This document shows, one piece after another, positions 18,101-26,981 of a stretch of DNA of 51,960 nt. Source of the DNA: Candidatus Fermentibacteraceae bacterium (lineage in GTDB: Bacteria; Fermentibacterota; Fermentibacteria; Fermentibacterales; JCC-6). Position numbers and translations under genes: made by a program. The notes below the pieces were generated by a model. That model was not told the DNA's origin and did no database searches. It saw nothing but the letters and a program-made list of their open reading frames with translations. Positions within the stretch are counted from its first letter, which is position 1, and every line of letters begins with the position of its first letter. The stretch spans positions 11,768 to 63,727 of the forward strand of contig JAWLEP010000014.1 of NCBI GenBank assembly GCA_041686025.1, given 5' to 3'.

Positions 18101-19945
18101 GCGATGGCCCTTACCGTGTCATACCGGCCCGGGATGGATGAGCTGATTCCCGCATGGAGGCTGTGCATCAACGGCCTTCTGGCCCCCAGGGAGACCGAGG
18201 CCGAGAAGGCTCTGGCCTCGGCGCAGACCATGGCCCGTCAACTGGACCGGCTCCTGCTGGTCTGGCTGGTGATGCAGGTGCGGCTGGAGCTGCGGGTGCG
18301 GGGAAGGAGACAGAGGCACGCCGACCTGCACCTGATGCTGGACGAGCTGGACAGGTTCATTGAGGCCCGGCTGTCACCGGAGGTTCAGGCACGCTTCAAG
18401 GGCCTGCCCCGGCTCGCCGCCCGGCGGGAGGAGCTGCTCAGGCTGGGGGGCTCATTCCCCGAGTCCCTGCCCCAGCTCCGCGACGAGGTGGCGGAATCCC
18501 TTCGCCTGGGCGAGAGGCTGGACCTGTCGGCCTTCTCGAGCCTGCCGGCGGAGACCTCCCGCACCTCCAGCGTGGGGTGGGGGCTGGAGGCCCTGCGGGC
18601 CTTCTCCCACGCCAGCAGGGTCATGGTGGTGAAAGTGACTCCGGACCACAACCGGGTGCTGGAGAGCAGGGGCTTCGGCACCGAGAGTCCGCCGTCGGAG
18701 GAGACCACCGAGGCGATCAGGGACGCCGGAGGAAAGCAGATTGTGCTGGACAACTTCGGCAAGACCCCCTTCGGGAGCCGCTTCACCCATATCATCCCCC
18801 TGGGCCACGCCCCCCATCCGGGGGTGCCCGAACGGCGCAGGAAGACGGACAAGACCCCCCGGGGGAGCTTCCTGGTAATCGAGATAGACTCCGCCTTCCA
18901 TACCCTGAGTGGGCCCACCGGGAAAGTTCTCCGCTGTTTCTCCAAGCAGATCTCGGCCGCTTTCTCTCTTCGGGAGCTGGAGCGTCAGACGTATTTCGAC
19001 AACATGACCGGCGCGGTCATCAGGCGAATGTGGATGGCCAGACTGAGGGAGCTCCTGGACACCTGGATGGGGCCCGGCCGAAGCCTGGCCCTGGTGATGA
19101 TAGACCTCGACTACTTCAAGTCGGTGAACGACACCTTCGGCCACAGGGAGGGGGACAGGGTGCTGAAGTCGGTGGTCTCCGCCATGCGGACCGCGATCCG
19201 CCCCAATGACATAGTGGGACGTCTGGGGGGGGAGGAGTTCGGCATCCTGCTTCCCTCGGCCTCGGAGAACAACGCTGTGATGGTGGCGGAGAGGATTCGC
19301 AGACGGGTGGAGGCCAAGGTCCGCCGACCCGACCGGCGGCCGGTCACCATCAGCCTGGGGGTGTCGTGCGCTCCGGCCCATGGCGAGTCCGCAGAGCTGC
19401 TGGTCAGGAGGGCGGACGTGGCCCTCTACGAGAGCAAGAGATCGGGCCGCAACCGCACCACTCTCTGGAACGACTCCATGGCCAGCACCGTGCGGGCCAG
19501 GGACACCACCTCCCTGCTGGACACCGGGGACCCGGGGTGGGACGTCCTCCTGGCCGGGACCATCATAAAGATGCTGGCTGCCGAGAGGCTGACCGTATCC
19601 CGCGCATCGCAGTCCATCCGCGACGTGCTGAGGTGCGAGTTCCTCTCGCTGAAACTGCCGGATGTAGAAGAGCATCCTGTGGGCCCCAGGGAGATAGGCA
19701 GGGCCCTGCACCCGGTGGAGCTGGGCTCTCCCGGGCACCCCAGGGAAGGCATGGGCAGCAACTGGCAGTTCTATACGCTGGGAGTCGAGCTGTCTACGGG
19801 AGGTTCTCTGGTTGCGGCCTGGCCCGCCAGCGAGAGCAGGCCCAGGAACCTCTCCTCCCTCTTCGGCTTCCTGGCCGGACTGGTGGAGATGCTGGAGGTC
19901 TCGGACAGGCTGCAGAGAGAAAGCGTCAAGAAGGAGGAGAGTTGA
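15161..19945 (+). CDS. Large multidomain diguanylate cyclase (degenerate kinase/STAND-like N-terminus, TPR-like repeats, GAF-like domain, GGEEF)
   Basis: DLDYFKSVNDTFGHREGDRVL...RPNDIVGRLGGEEF...ADVALYESKRSGRNR; intact active site and RxxD I-site; 1594 aa. Confidence 0.85.
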   Translation: MKINRINGRYTVKSRLARRNNHQELLAADSASASRLCVIALYLGEEEGAEDAFERYNRLRSIVCPALIRPLELHRVLSIDGRALEGGGWLYTRPYVPGGTLEHGLSDLTPDLLLQYLEADLYLSRAGYGLGRVPLDALIAEEGRPRLRVCEISGEDLSGLMERLAEMVAANAEAGGSLSELQALVSSGQTSRREHVMKYLTETFNVRPAVSFAEYLPSRLLGYHRQLMRASTCFMRTSDDPPVVVLREGQGHHVAGMLYDLLARAEARGWHYLLLGNAGVEDLGDFIRRRLSELLGSWEVFAGAISETRGAAQMLARCGGVHPVCLCMALHPRQQEQVPELVQSLRREGAGDSVALVIRLTSDVLPGRVDLPGTTIRLDGRRSPEPAELAGDLLGTDDVPPGLAVTLQRFGVTEPENLLSSIRSLTYRRLLWRDGAEWRFAVSAETAEAMPVDSGIKLSSIIRLEGLGRRALALLVHAREPLRTRLMAHTVDADPSETEEALQRMEKEGLVRQAVMRRKRFWCAVEGIPLELLLPDGDPDRMWNDRLIRFVLSHPSPGLSELLAAISLCEDDSGARANLLYDTFLIAGEARDSELIGRLLPQIMELPTDSLSANQIRNVLEMTEPRNLPGLDVGRTREVLSGWREMLTQGEGRILADVRLAELDIMEGEETEAMRRMEHAVEETIGSGGDAGRLGLCLGVLSEMQPRAGSMESELEIIRRAMKAVPGDASPAEKTVALSRGALALSVRGRSDDAAKLLAGAESLTGAAGPDAKQVWEWCRGRVMLDLGLIKSAVEALEKALLLAENRGDRSSVAKILDLTATCQERLPGYTLRGIVDRIEGIITPGYGADSGVYRFHSLSRLYALHLRLLRPDRAEAVLRDLESMDRLPEEPQSRGLLEWFRAFWAYQTGERPVPDGGDLLLPGTTRLLQALADGAESEAEALAVADVVRDSSNMDVIVLGLYLALETAAHGRRNAAKQIAMALTVSYRPGMDELIPAWRLCINGLLAPRETEAEKALASAQTMARQLDRLLLVWLVMQVRLELRVRGRRQRHADLHLMLDELDRFIEARLSPEVQARFKGLPRLAARREELLRLGGSFPESLPQLRDEVAESLRLGERLDLSAFSSLPAETSRTSSVGWGLEALRAFSHASRVMVVKVTPDHNRVLESRGFGTESPPSEETTEAIRDAGGKQIVLDNFGKTPFGSRFTHIIPLGHAPHPGVPERRRKTDKTPRGSFLVIEIDSAFHTLSGPTGKVLRCFSKQISAAFSLRELERQTYFDNMTGAVIRRMWMARLRELLDTWMGPGRSLALVMIDLDYFKSVNDTFGHREGDRVLKSVVSAMRTAIRPNDIVGRLGGEEFGILLPSASENNAVMVAERIRRRVEAKVRRPDRRPVTISLGVSCAPAHGESAELLVRRADVALYESKRSGRNRTTLWNDSMASTVRARDTTSLLDTGDPGWDVLLAGTIIKMLAAERLTVSRASQSIRDVLRCEFLSLKLPDVEEHPVGPREIGRALHPVELGSPGHPREGMGSNWQFYTLGVELSTGGSLVAAWPASESRPRNLSSLFGFLAGLVEMLEVSDRLQRESVKKEES

Positions 19946-20133
19946 AGGCACTGATGCTCGTCTTGGTCACGGCCCTGACCCTGGCGGCCGGATGCGGAGG
20001 CGACTCCATCGACGAGGCCGCCAGGACAATGGACAAGGCCGCGGACAACGTCCGCGACCGCGCCGGGGACGCCGCGGAGGCCGCCGAGCGGCACGCCGAT
20101 GACCTACAGGAGCAGCTCGACGACATCCAGTGA
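19942..20133 (+). CDS. Small helical lipoprotein (63 aa)
   Basis: GGAGG RBS; TTG overlaps the DGC stop (TTGA); lipobox in MKALMLVLVTALTLAAG-C; helical acidic mature part. Confidence 0.75.
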   Translation: MKALMLVLVTALTLAAGCGGDSIDEAARTMDKAADNVRDRAGDAAEAAERHADDLQEQLDDIQ

Positions 20134-20145
20134 CCGTCAGTGCCG

Positions 20146-20265
20146 CGTAAGTGCCAGGCACTTGAATTGAACAGTAACCCGGTAGGGATATCGGGCGGGC
20201 GCAATCGCCCTTGCTTAGCTATTTCCTACTCATCAGGCGTTCAATTCAAGTGCCTGGCACTTACG
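20146..20265. mobile_element. REPIN/MITE-like 120-bp hairpin element
   Basis: Perfect 27-bp inverted repeats at 20146-20172 and 20239-20265 (CGTAAGTGCCAGGCACTTGAATTGAAC), each with the internal palindrome AAGTGCC-W-GGCACTT; the 66-nt spacer also self-pairs. Confidence 0.7.
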
Positions 20266-21589
20266 TTGGCCAGCCCTCGCGGAGGATGCGGCAGAGGGTG
20301 TCGGTGAGCTCGGCGATGGGGACCCGGACCTGCTCCAGGGAGTCCCGCTCGCGGATGGTCACCGCGGCGTCGTCGAGGCTGTCGAAGTCGTAGGTGACGC
20401 AGTAGGGGGTGCCCACCTCGTCCATGCGGCGGTAGCGCTTGCCGATGGAGCCGGTGACATCGAAGAAGGTCTCCATGTGCGGCCGCAGCATCTGGGCCAC
20501 CTCCTGGGCCCGGTCGGAGAGCTTCCTGGACAGCGGCAGCACAGCCACCTTTATGGGGGCAAGCTGCGGCGACAGCCGCAGAACCACCCTGGTGCGTCCG
20601 CTTACCTCCTCCTCGTCGTAGGCGTCCAGCAGCACCGCCAGCACCGCCCGGTCCACCCCGCCGCTGGTCTCCACCACGTGGGGCAGCGTGCGGGTGCCCG
20701 CCGGCTGGTCGAAGAAGCGCATGTCGGCGCCGCTGTGCTCCTGGTGGGCGCCCATGTCGTAGTCGCCGCGGTCGTGGATGCCCTCCATCTCGCCCCAGCC
20801 GCCCGGGGCGAAGGGGAACCGGTACTCGATGTCGGTGGCGGCCCGGGCGTAGTGGGCCAGCTCCCCGGGGGCGTGGTCGCGAAGCCGGAGGTTCTCCTCG
20901 GAGATGCCCAGGTCCAGGTACCACTGGTAGCGCTGCTGCTTCCAGTAGTCCAGCCAGTCCGCCGTCTCACCCGGTTCGCAGAAGTACTCCATCTCCATCT
21001 GCTCGAACTCCCGGGAGCGGAAGATGAAGTTGCGGGCGGTGATCTCGTTGCGGAAGGCCTTCCCTATCTGGGCTATGCCGAAGGGGAGCTTCTGGCGGGT
21101 GGCGGTGACCACGTTCTGGAAGTTGACGAAGATGGGCTGGCAGGTCTCCGGCCGCAGGTAGGCCACCGAGGACTCGTCCTCGACCGCGCCCAGGCGGGTC
21201 TTCAGCATCAGGCCGAACTCCCGGGGCTCGGTGAGCTCCCCGCCGCAGCCGGGGCAGACGTCGCCCTCCACGTCGTCGGCCTTGAACCGCGCCCTGCACT
21301 CCCTGCAGTCCACCATGGGGTCGTGGAAGTGGGTGACGTGGCCGGAGGCCACCCAGACCTCGGGGTGGGTGATGATGGCGGAGTCCATCCCCACCACGTC
21401 GCTGCGGCAGCTGACCATGTTCGACCACCAGCTGTCCTTGACGTTGCGCTTCAGCTCGGTGCCCAGGGGTCCGTAGTCCCAGGCCGCCGCCAGGCCTCCG
21501 TAGAGCTCGCCGGACTGGTAGACGAAGCCCAGCCTCTTGGCCAGGGACACGATCTTCTTCATCAGGTCGTCTCTGTTGTCGTCAGCCAT
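20261..21589 (-). CDS. glyQS: Glycine--tRNA ligase, alpha2 homodimeric type
   Basis: WDYGPLG, LRPETCQPIF, GKAFRNEI, FRSREFEQMEME, SIGKRYRRMDEVGTP. Confidence 0.95.
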   Translation of the reverse strand: MADDNRDDLMKKIVSLAKRLGFVYQSGELYGGLAAAWDYGPLGTELKRNVKDSWWSNMVSCRSDVVGMDSAIITHPEVWVASGHVTHFHDPMVDCRECRARFKADDVEGDVCPGCGGELTEPREFGLMLKTRLGAVEDESSVAYLRPETCQPIFVNFQNVVTATRQKLPFGIAQIGKAFRNEITARNFIFRSREFEQMEMEYFCEPGETADWLDYWKQQRYQWYLDLGISEENLRLRDHAPGELAHYARAATDIEYRFPFAPGGWGEMEGIHDRGDYDMGAHQEHSGADMRFFDQPAGTRTLPHVVETSGGVDRAVLAVLLDAYDEEEVSGRTRVVLRLSPQLAPIKVAVLPLSRKLSDRAQEVAQMLRPHMETFFDVTGSIGKRYRRMDEVGTPYCVTYDFDSLDDAAVTIRERDSLEQVRVPIAELTDTLCRILREGWPT

Positions 21590-22325
21590 TCTCCAGATCC
21601 TCCACTACTGCTAGAGACCTAAGCTTGAGCCCGGAGCCGAGCTGCGCCTCCGCAAAGCTCCTCATGATGTCGTGACACTGCCGGAAGCCCCCGGGCCACA
21701 GTCTGATCCGGGCCATCTCCGGCAGCCCGGACTCCCGGCTGCGGCGCACCCAGGAGAGGAACCCCGCAGGCACCTTCGCCCCGCCGCCGCAGGCCTCGCA
21801 GACCACGCCGCCGGACTCGGGGCGCCATCCCGCGCGCCTGCCGGCGGGCCGGCCGCAGCAGACGCAGACCTCGGTCTCCATGCCGAAGCCCGACAGTCGC
21901 AGCAGCCTCTCCACCGCGGCGCAGACCACGGGCCAGCCTTCCCCGCCGGCGGCCAGCATGGCCACCGAGCGGTCCAGCAGGTGGAAGACCGGCTGGCTGG
22001 GCTCGGTGCCCCAGACCAGGCCCAGGACCCACTCCGCCAGCAGGCAGGCGTGGGCGAAGGCCAGAGGCTCCGACCTCAGGCCGTCGTTGCCCCGGACCAC
22101 CGAGGCCTCGGTGAGGGTGTCTATCTCCCGGCCCTCCCTGCGGGAGAGGGTCACCTCCGTCAGCGAGAGCGTCTCCAGCGCGCCGTAGAACGAACTCCGA
22201 GGCCGCAGGGCGCCCTTGGCCATGACGGATATCCTCCCCAGATCCAGGGAGTAGAGGGTAAGTATAAGGGATGATTCGCTCCAGCGGACCCGCCTGAGAA
22301 CGTAGGCCTGGGTGGTTACCCTCAA
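21582..22325 (-). CDS. recO: DNA repair protein RecO
   Basis: ESSLILTLYS...GRISVMAKGA OB fold; CVCC...CEAC zinc finger; operon position. Confidence 0.85.
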   Translation of the reverse strand: MRVTTQAYVLRRVRWSESSLILTLYSLDLGRISVMAKGALRPRSSFYGALETLSLTEVTLSRREGREIDTLTEASVVRGNDGLRSEPLAFAHACLLAEWVLGLVWGTEPSQPVFHLLDRSVAMLAAGGEGWPVVCAAVERLLRLSGFGMETEVCVCCGRPAGRRAGWRPESGGVVCEACGGGAKVPAGFLSWVRRSRESGLPEMARIRLWPGGFRQCHDIMRSFAEAQLGSGLKLRSLAVVEDLENG

Positions 22326-23536
22326 GTGTCCCGCTCTTCCGGGGAGCGGGACAGCGGGGTGACCTTCAGCAGCAGGATCCGCTGTGCCCGGACCTTCTCC
22401 ACGGAGAAGCGCCAGCCGCCCAGCTCCACCGACTCCCCGGCCCGGGGGATGTGCTCCAGGGTCCCGTAGACCATTCCCCCCAGGGTCTCGTAGTCATCAT
22501 CCTCGAAGTCGGTGCCCAGCAGGTCGTTGAGGTCGTCCACCGGAAGCCTGGCGTCAACCCGGTAGCTGCCCCGGCCCATGGATCGGATCAGGGGCGCCTC
22601 GGAGTCGTACTCGTCCAGTATCTCCCCGAAGACCTCCTCGATGATGTCCTCGATGGTCACCAGCCCCGCGGTGCCCCCGTACTCGTCCACCACCACGGCC
22701 ATGTGTATCCGATGGTACTGGAACTCCTTGAAGAGGTCGTCTATCCGCTTGTACTCCGGAACGAAGAAGGCCTCGCGCAGCAGCTCGCCTATGTAGAAGT
22801 CCTCCTCTCCGGCCAGGACCGGAAGCAGGTCCTTGACGTAGAGGACGCCCACCACGTTGTCCACCTTCTCGCGGTAGACGGGTATGCGGGAGTGGCCCGC
22901 CTCCTCCACCCGGGAGACTATGTCGGACAGCTCCTCGTTCTCCTCGATGGTGACCATGTCTATGCGGGGCACCATCACCTCCCGGACGATCTTGTCGGAG
23001 AAGTCCAGTATGGAGTCTATCAGCTCCTGCTCCTTGTCGTACTCCTCCCGGTCGCCCTTCTCCATGCGCTGCTCCAGCCACATCAGGGATGGCGGGGTCA
23101 CCAGCCACTCCCCGGTGTGCTGTTCGTCGGCGCCGTCCACCAGCCTGAGGGGAAGGGCCGGCAGCCAGAAGAGCAGCCGCAGGGTCGCGTAGGCGGGCTC
23201 TATGAACCTGCCTATGCGGTCGGGGCTGCGGTGGCCCAGCCAGGCGGGGAGCAGGGCCCCCAGCAGGAGAACCAGCACCGAGACCGCGCCGCCGGCCAGC
23301 CAGGGGGAGAGCAGGCTCTGGTGCATGGATAAAAGGGCGGTTCCGGCGCCGGCGGCCAGGAGCGACGTGATCCTCATCACCCAGATGTAGCGCAGCCGCT
23401 CCGCCGCCGCCTCCCGTCTCTCGGAGGGGTCGCGCCCCTCGTCCAGTATCAGGGCGGGAAGGCAGGAGCGGGCGGCGCTGCCCACGAACAGGGAGATGAA
23501 GCCTCCCACCACCAGCGCGATTCCGGCGGTCAGCAC
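22322..23536 (-). CDS. Hemolysin/CorC (CNNM-CBS-CorC) magnesium/cobalt efflux family protein
   Basis: N-terminal TM segments; VREVMVPRIDM, HSRIPVY, HMAVVVDEYGGTAGLVTIEDIIEE; CorC_HlyC tail. Confidence 0.9.
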   Translation of the reverse strand: MLTAGIALVVGGFISLFVGSAARSCLPALILDEGRDPSERREAAAERLRYIWVMRITSLLAAGAGTALLSMHQSLLSPWLAGGAVSVLVLLLGALLPAWLGHRSPDRIGRFIEPAYATLRLLFWLPALPLRLVDGADEQHTGEWLVTPPSLMWLEQRMEKGDREEYDKEQELIDSILDFSDKIVREVMVPRIDMVTIEENEELSDIVSRVEEAGHSRIPVYREKVDNVVGVLYVKDLLPVLAGEEDFYIGELLREAFFVPEYKRIDDLFKEFQYHRIHMAVVVDEYGGTAGLVTIEDIIEEVFGEILDEYDSEAPLIRSMGRGSYRVDARLPVDDLNDLLGTDFEDDDYETLGGMVYGTLEHIPRAGESVELGGWRFSVEKVRAQRILLLKVTPLSRSPEERDT

Positions 23537-23937
23537 TGCGACATCCTCTCCAGGGCCCGGCCCAGCAGCTCTCGAGTCCTCTCCTCCATGCGCTCCCGCT
23601 CCTTCGGCGTGTGGTGGCTGAGACCCTCCAGGTGGACCAGACCGTGGAAGACCCTCTCCAGGACCTCCCCCAGGGGAGGGGCCACCCGCCCGTTGACGTA
23701 TATCAGGCCGGCGGGGCCGCCGGGACAGGGGTCGGCGGAGAGGTCGAAGGTGAGGACGTCGGTGACCCTGTCCTGGTGGCGCCAGCGGCGGTTGAGCGAC
23801 CGCATCGCCCCGGGGTCGGTGACCACCAGCTCCACCCCCCTGGCAGACAGATCCTCCTCCACCGCCAGTCTCAGATCTTCGGGGTCGAAGGGCGGGGACT
23901 CCAGCTCGATGCGCACCACGGGCTCACTCGCCTCCAT
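23530..23937 (-). CDS. ybeY: rRNA maturation endoribonuclease YbeY
   Basis: MRSLNRRWR...TDVLTF and HGLVHLEGLSH (H-x3-H-x5-H); operon context. Confidence 0.85.
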   Translation of the reverse strand: MEASEPVVRIELESPPFDPEDLRLAVEEDLSARGVELVVTDPGAMRSLNRRWRHQDRVTDVLTFDLSADPCPGGPAGLIYVNGRVAPPLGEVLERVFHGLVHLEGLSHHTPKERERMEERTRELLGRALERMSQC

Positions 23938-25960
23938 GCGGGAAGTCCTTCACCCGGGAATGGTACCTTCCGCGGAGAACCTGGGCGAAGGTCTCGGACA
24001 CCTTCTTCAGATGGGCCTTGGTCAGGTGGCAGTGGTCCAGCTGGCCCTCGGCCTCCTTCTCGGCGATGAGCCGGTTGATCACCGCGCTCAGCGACTCGCC
24101 GTCGGTGTCCGCCAGGTTCTTGGTGGCCGACTCCACCACGTCCGCCAGCAGCACCAGCCCCGCCTCCCGGGTCAGGGGCCGGGGGCCGGGGTAGCGGAAT
24201 TCTCCGCTGTCCAGGGCGTCCGGACTGGCCGAGGCCTTCCGGGCCTTCTCGTAGAAGTAGCGGGTGAGGCTGTCTCCGTGGCTCTGGCGGACAATGTCCA
24301 CTATGGCCCCCGGGACCCGGTTCTTGCGGGCCAGCCTCACCCCCTCCTCCACGTGGCGGATGATGCTCCTGGCGCTTTCTTTGGGGTCCATTCCGTCGTG
24401 GGGGTTGGGCTGGTCGGGGTCCTGGTTCTCTATGAACATCCCCGGGTCGTAGAGCTTGCCCACGTCGTGGAAGAGCCCTCCCGCCTGGGCCAGGGCCGGG
24501 TCGGCGCCTATGGCCTCCGCGGCCTCGCTGGCCAGGTCGGCTACCGCCTGGGAGTGCTGCCAGCTGCCCATGGCCTCCCGGCTGAGCCTGTCCAGGAGGG
24601 GGTGGTTCCTGCTGGTGGCCTCGTCGATGGAGAGGGCGGTGTAGACGCCGAAGACCCGCTCGAAGGCGAAGAGCAGAACGGAGGCGGCGCCTATGCCCAC
24701 CACCGGGGAGAGCACGATCTCCAGCTGGCTCACCCACCAGACCGCCGGGCTGAAACCCAGGCCGATCAGGGAGATGGCCCAGAAGGCGGCGGCCCCGGAC
24801 AGGGCCGCCAGCAGCACCGCCCGGGGGAAGTTGCTGCGGCTGCGTATGTCCCAGGCGGCCCCCGCGGCCACGGAGCCGGAGACGAAGGTCACCATGCCCA
24901 CCATGTAGGGATGGATCTGGGAGGCCGCCATCACCAGGGCGAACACCGCGGTTATGGCGTAGGCGTCCCTGCGGTGGAAGAAGATTGCGGTCAGAACGGC
25001 CCCGAAGCTGATCAGCGAGGCCATGGAGGCGTTGTAGAGGGTTCCCAGCAGACGCCACACGGCACCCGTCCCGGCCATGGTGAGCAGCCATATGGCGGCC
25101 AGGAGCAGGAACCGTCTGGGCCTGATCCAGGTGTCCGCCATCTGATCGCGGACGTAGGCCAGGGCCAGCCCCAGGGCTCCCAGTATCAGCAGCAGCCTGC
25201 CCGCCAGGTAGGCCAGCCTGCTGCGGGAGCGGACCGCCGCCTCGGAGGTCTGCATGGCCTGCACGTACTGCTTGGTGCGGCTGGTGACCACCCCTCCCGG
25301 GGGAACCAGGGTATCCCCGGCGGCGATCACCGTGTCCACCGGGCTGATGGAGGCGTTTATCAGCTCCACGGCGTCGTCCCGGGCGGCAGGGTCGGTCTCC
25401 AGGTTGGGGTCCAGTATGCCGGTTACGGTGGAGGAGAAGAGCTCCATCCCCACCCCCGCGGGGCCGGCCATGTCCCGCAGCCTGCGGGTGAGCCACCCCT
25501 GCACGCTCTGCAGGCTGTGCAGGCGGCTGAGGAAAGTCTCCTCCTGAGAGCCCTCCTCCAGCACCACCGCCTCGTCGCCCCGGTAGACCCGCCGGACGGC
25601 TGTGGAGTCGAACACGCCCTCCCGGTAGATGGCCTCCAGGTCGTCCAGCAGGCGGCTCACGCCGCTGCTGTCCAGATGCCGGGTAAGGCTGCTCTCCAGC
25701 TGCCGTCTCACCCGGGGCCAGACGTTGCCCCGGCGGCGGAGGTACACGGCCACCTCGTCCGCCCGGCTGCGGGCCAGCCGGGACATCTGGCTGTCGGGGA
25801 GCATCACCTCGAACCCCACCGGGGCGATCAGGCCGGAGCTGAGCACCTCTCCCACCTCCACGTCCAGATCCACGGGGGAGTAGTCGGGGGCGAAGAGCAG
25901 CAGGTAGAGCAGGGGAAACGCCAGCGCCGCCAGGAATCCGAATAGCAGCCTCGGTCTCAA
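23924..25960 (-). CDS. 7TM-HD (HDIG) phosphohydrolase, PgpH/YqfF-like
   Basis: Extracellular 7TMR-HDED region, several TMs, GSWQHS, FHDVGK, FIENQ, NPHD, FRYPGPRP, LADVVESA. Confidence 0.85.
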   Translation of the reverse strand: MRPRLLFGFLAALAFPLLYLLLFAPDYSPVDLDVEVGEVLSSGLIAPVGFEVMLPDSQMSRLARSRADEVAVYLRRRGNVWPRVRRQLESSLTRHLDSSGVSRLLDDLEAIYREGVFDSTAVRRVYRGDEAVVLEEGSQEETFLSRLHSLQSVQGWLTRRLRDMAGPAGVGMELFSSTVTGILDPNLETDPAARDDAVELINASISPVDTVIAAGDTLVPPGGVVTSRTKQYVQAMQTSEAAVRSRSRLAYLAGRLLLILGALGLALAYVRDQMADTWIRPRRFLLLAAIWLLTMAGTGAVWRLLGTLYNASMASLISFGAVLTAIFFHRRDAYAITAVFALVMAASQIHPYMVGMVTFVSGSVAAGAAWDIRSRSNFPRAVLLAALSGAAAFWAISLIGLGFSPAVWWVSQLEIVLSPVVGIGAASVLLFAFERVFGVYTALSIDEATSRNHPLLDRLSREAMGSWQHSQAVADLASEAAEAIGADPALAQAGGLFHDVGKLYDPGMFIENQDPDQPNPHDGMDPKESARSIIRHVEEGVRLARKNRVPGAIVDIVRQSHGDSLTRYFYEKARKASASPDALDSGEFRYPGPRPLTREAGLVLLADVVESATKNLADTDGESLSAVINRLIAEKEAEGQLDHCHLTKAHLKKVSETFAQVLRGRYHSRVKDFPHGGE

Positions 25961-26910
25961 GGTTCCTCCCCCTCCCTCTCGGAGGCCCGGTGAAAGGCCG
26001 ATATGATCCTCTGCACCAGCGGGTGCCGGACAACGTCATTGCTGTCCAGGTATACGAACTCCACGCCGAAGACGCCACGCAGGACGTTCTGTATCCGGAT
26101 CAGCCCGGAGCTGGCCGAGGGCCTGAGGTCCACCTGGGTGATGTCCCCCGTTATCACCGCCCGGGAACGGTAGCCCAGGCGGGTCAGGAACATCTTCAGC
26201 TGGGTGAGGGTGGTGTTCTGGGCCTCGTCCAGGACCACGAAGGCGTTGTTCAGCGTCCGGCCCCTCATGTAGGCCAGGGGGGCCACCTCTATGATCCCGT
26301 TCTCTATGGACCGCTTCACCCGCGCCGGGGACAGGGTGTCGTTCAGCGCGTCGTATATGGGCCGCAGGTAGGGGTCGATCTTCTGCCTGAGGTCCCCCGG
26401 CAGGAAGCCCAGGTTCTCGCCGGCCTCCACCGCCGGGCGGGTGATGACTATCCGCTCCACGGCACCCTCCCGGAGGTCGCTCACCGCCTTGCCCACCGCC
26501 AGATAGGTCTTTCCGGTGCCGGCGGGGCCTATGCTGAAGACGACATCGGTGTCGTCCATGGCCCGCAGGTAGCGCTCCTGCCCCGGGGTCTTGGGTATGA
26601 TGCGGCCGGCCCTTCCGGGGACCTTAATCTCCAGCTCCGCGTCGTGCGGGGCGGGGAAGTCCAGGGCCTTTCTGATGCTGTGGTCGTTTATCTTCCCGGA
26701 GACCCGCAGCTCGTGGCGCAGCCGGTCCACCGTGGCCAGCGCCCGGTCCACGTCGGTCTTGCCGCCGGTGAAGACCAGGCGGCCGTCACGGTATACGGCG
26801 GCCACGTTCATGGCCCTGCATATCTCGCGCAGGTGGATGTCCCCCGGACCCAGGAGCTTCCTGGCCTCCTCCACCGGAAGGGGAAGCTTCCTGCTGATGG
26901 AGTCTTCCAT
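25957..26910 (-). CDS. phoH: PhoH family ATPase
   Basis: GPAGTGKTYLA, RPAVEAGENLGFLPG, YMRGRTL, LDEAQN, GDITQVDL, VVRHPLV. Confidence 0.95.
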   Translation of the reverse strand: MEDSISRKLPLPVEEARKLLGPGDIHLREICRAMNVAAVYRDGRLVFTGGKTDVDRALATVDRLRHELRVSGKINDHSIRKALDFPAPHDAELEIKVPGRAGRIIPKTPGQERYLRAMDDTDVVFSIGPAGTGKTYLAVGKAVSDLREGAVERIVITRPAVEAGENLGFLPGDLRQKIDPYLRPIYDALNDTLSPARVKRSIENGIIEVAPLAYMRGRTLNNAFVVLDEAQNTTLTQLKMFLTRLGYRSRAVITGDITQVDLRPSASSGLIRIQNVLRGVFGVEFVYLDSNDVVRHPLVQRIISAFHRASEREGEEP

Positions 26911-26931
26911 TACTTCTGTCCTGCAAAGGGG

Positions 26932-26966
26932 AAAAAGGAGCCCCCGCCGGAAGACGGAGGCTCCTT
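26932..26966 (-). terminator. Intrinsic terminator after the LysM gene
   Basis: Minus strand GGAGCCTCCGTC-TTCC-GGCGGGGGCTCC followed by TTTTT. Confidence 0.75.
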
Positions 26967-26981
26967 GTCAGGTGAGCTCAC

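Noticed and set aside
20173..20238. tRNA or tRNA fragment (att site) in the hairpin spacer
   Set aside because: No TTCRA T-loop, cloverleaf or CCA end, and no integrase in the window.
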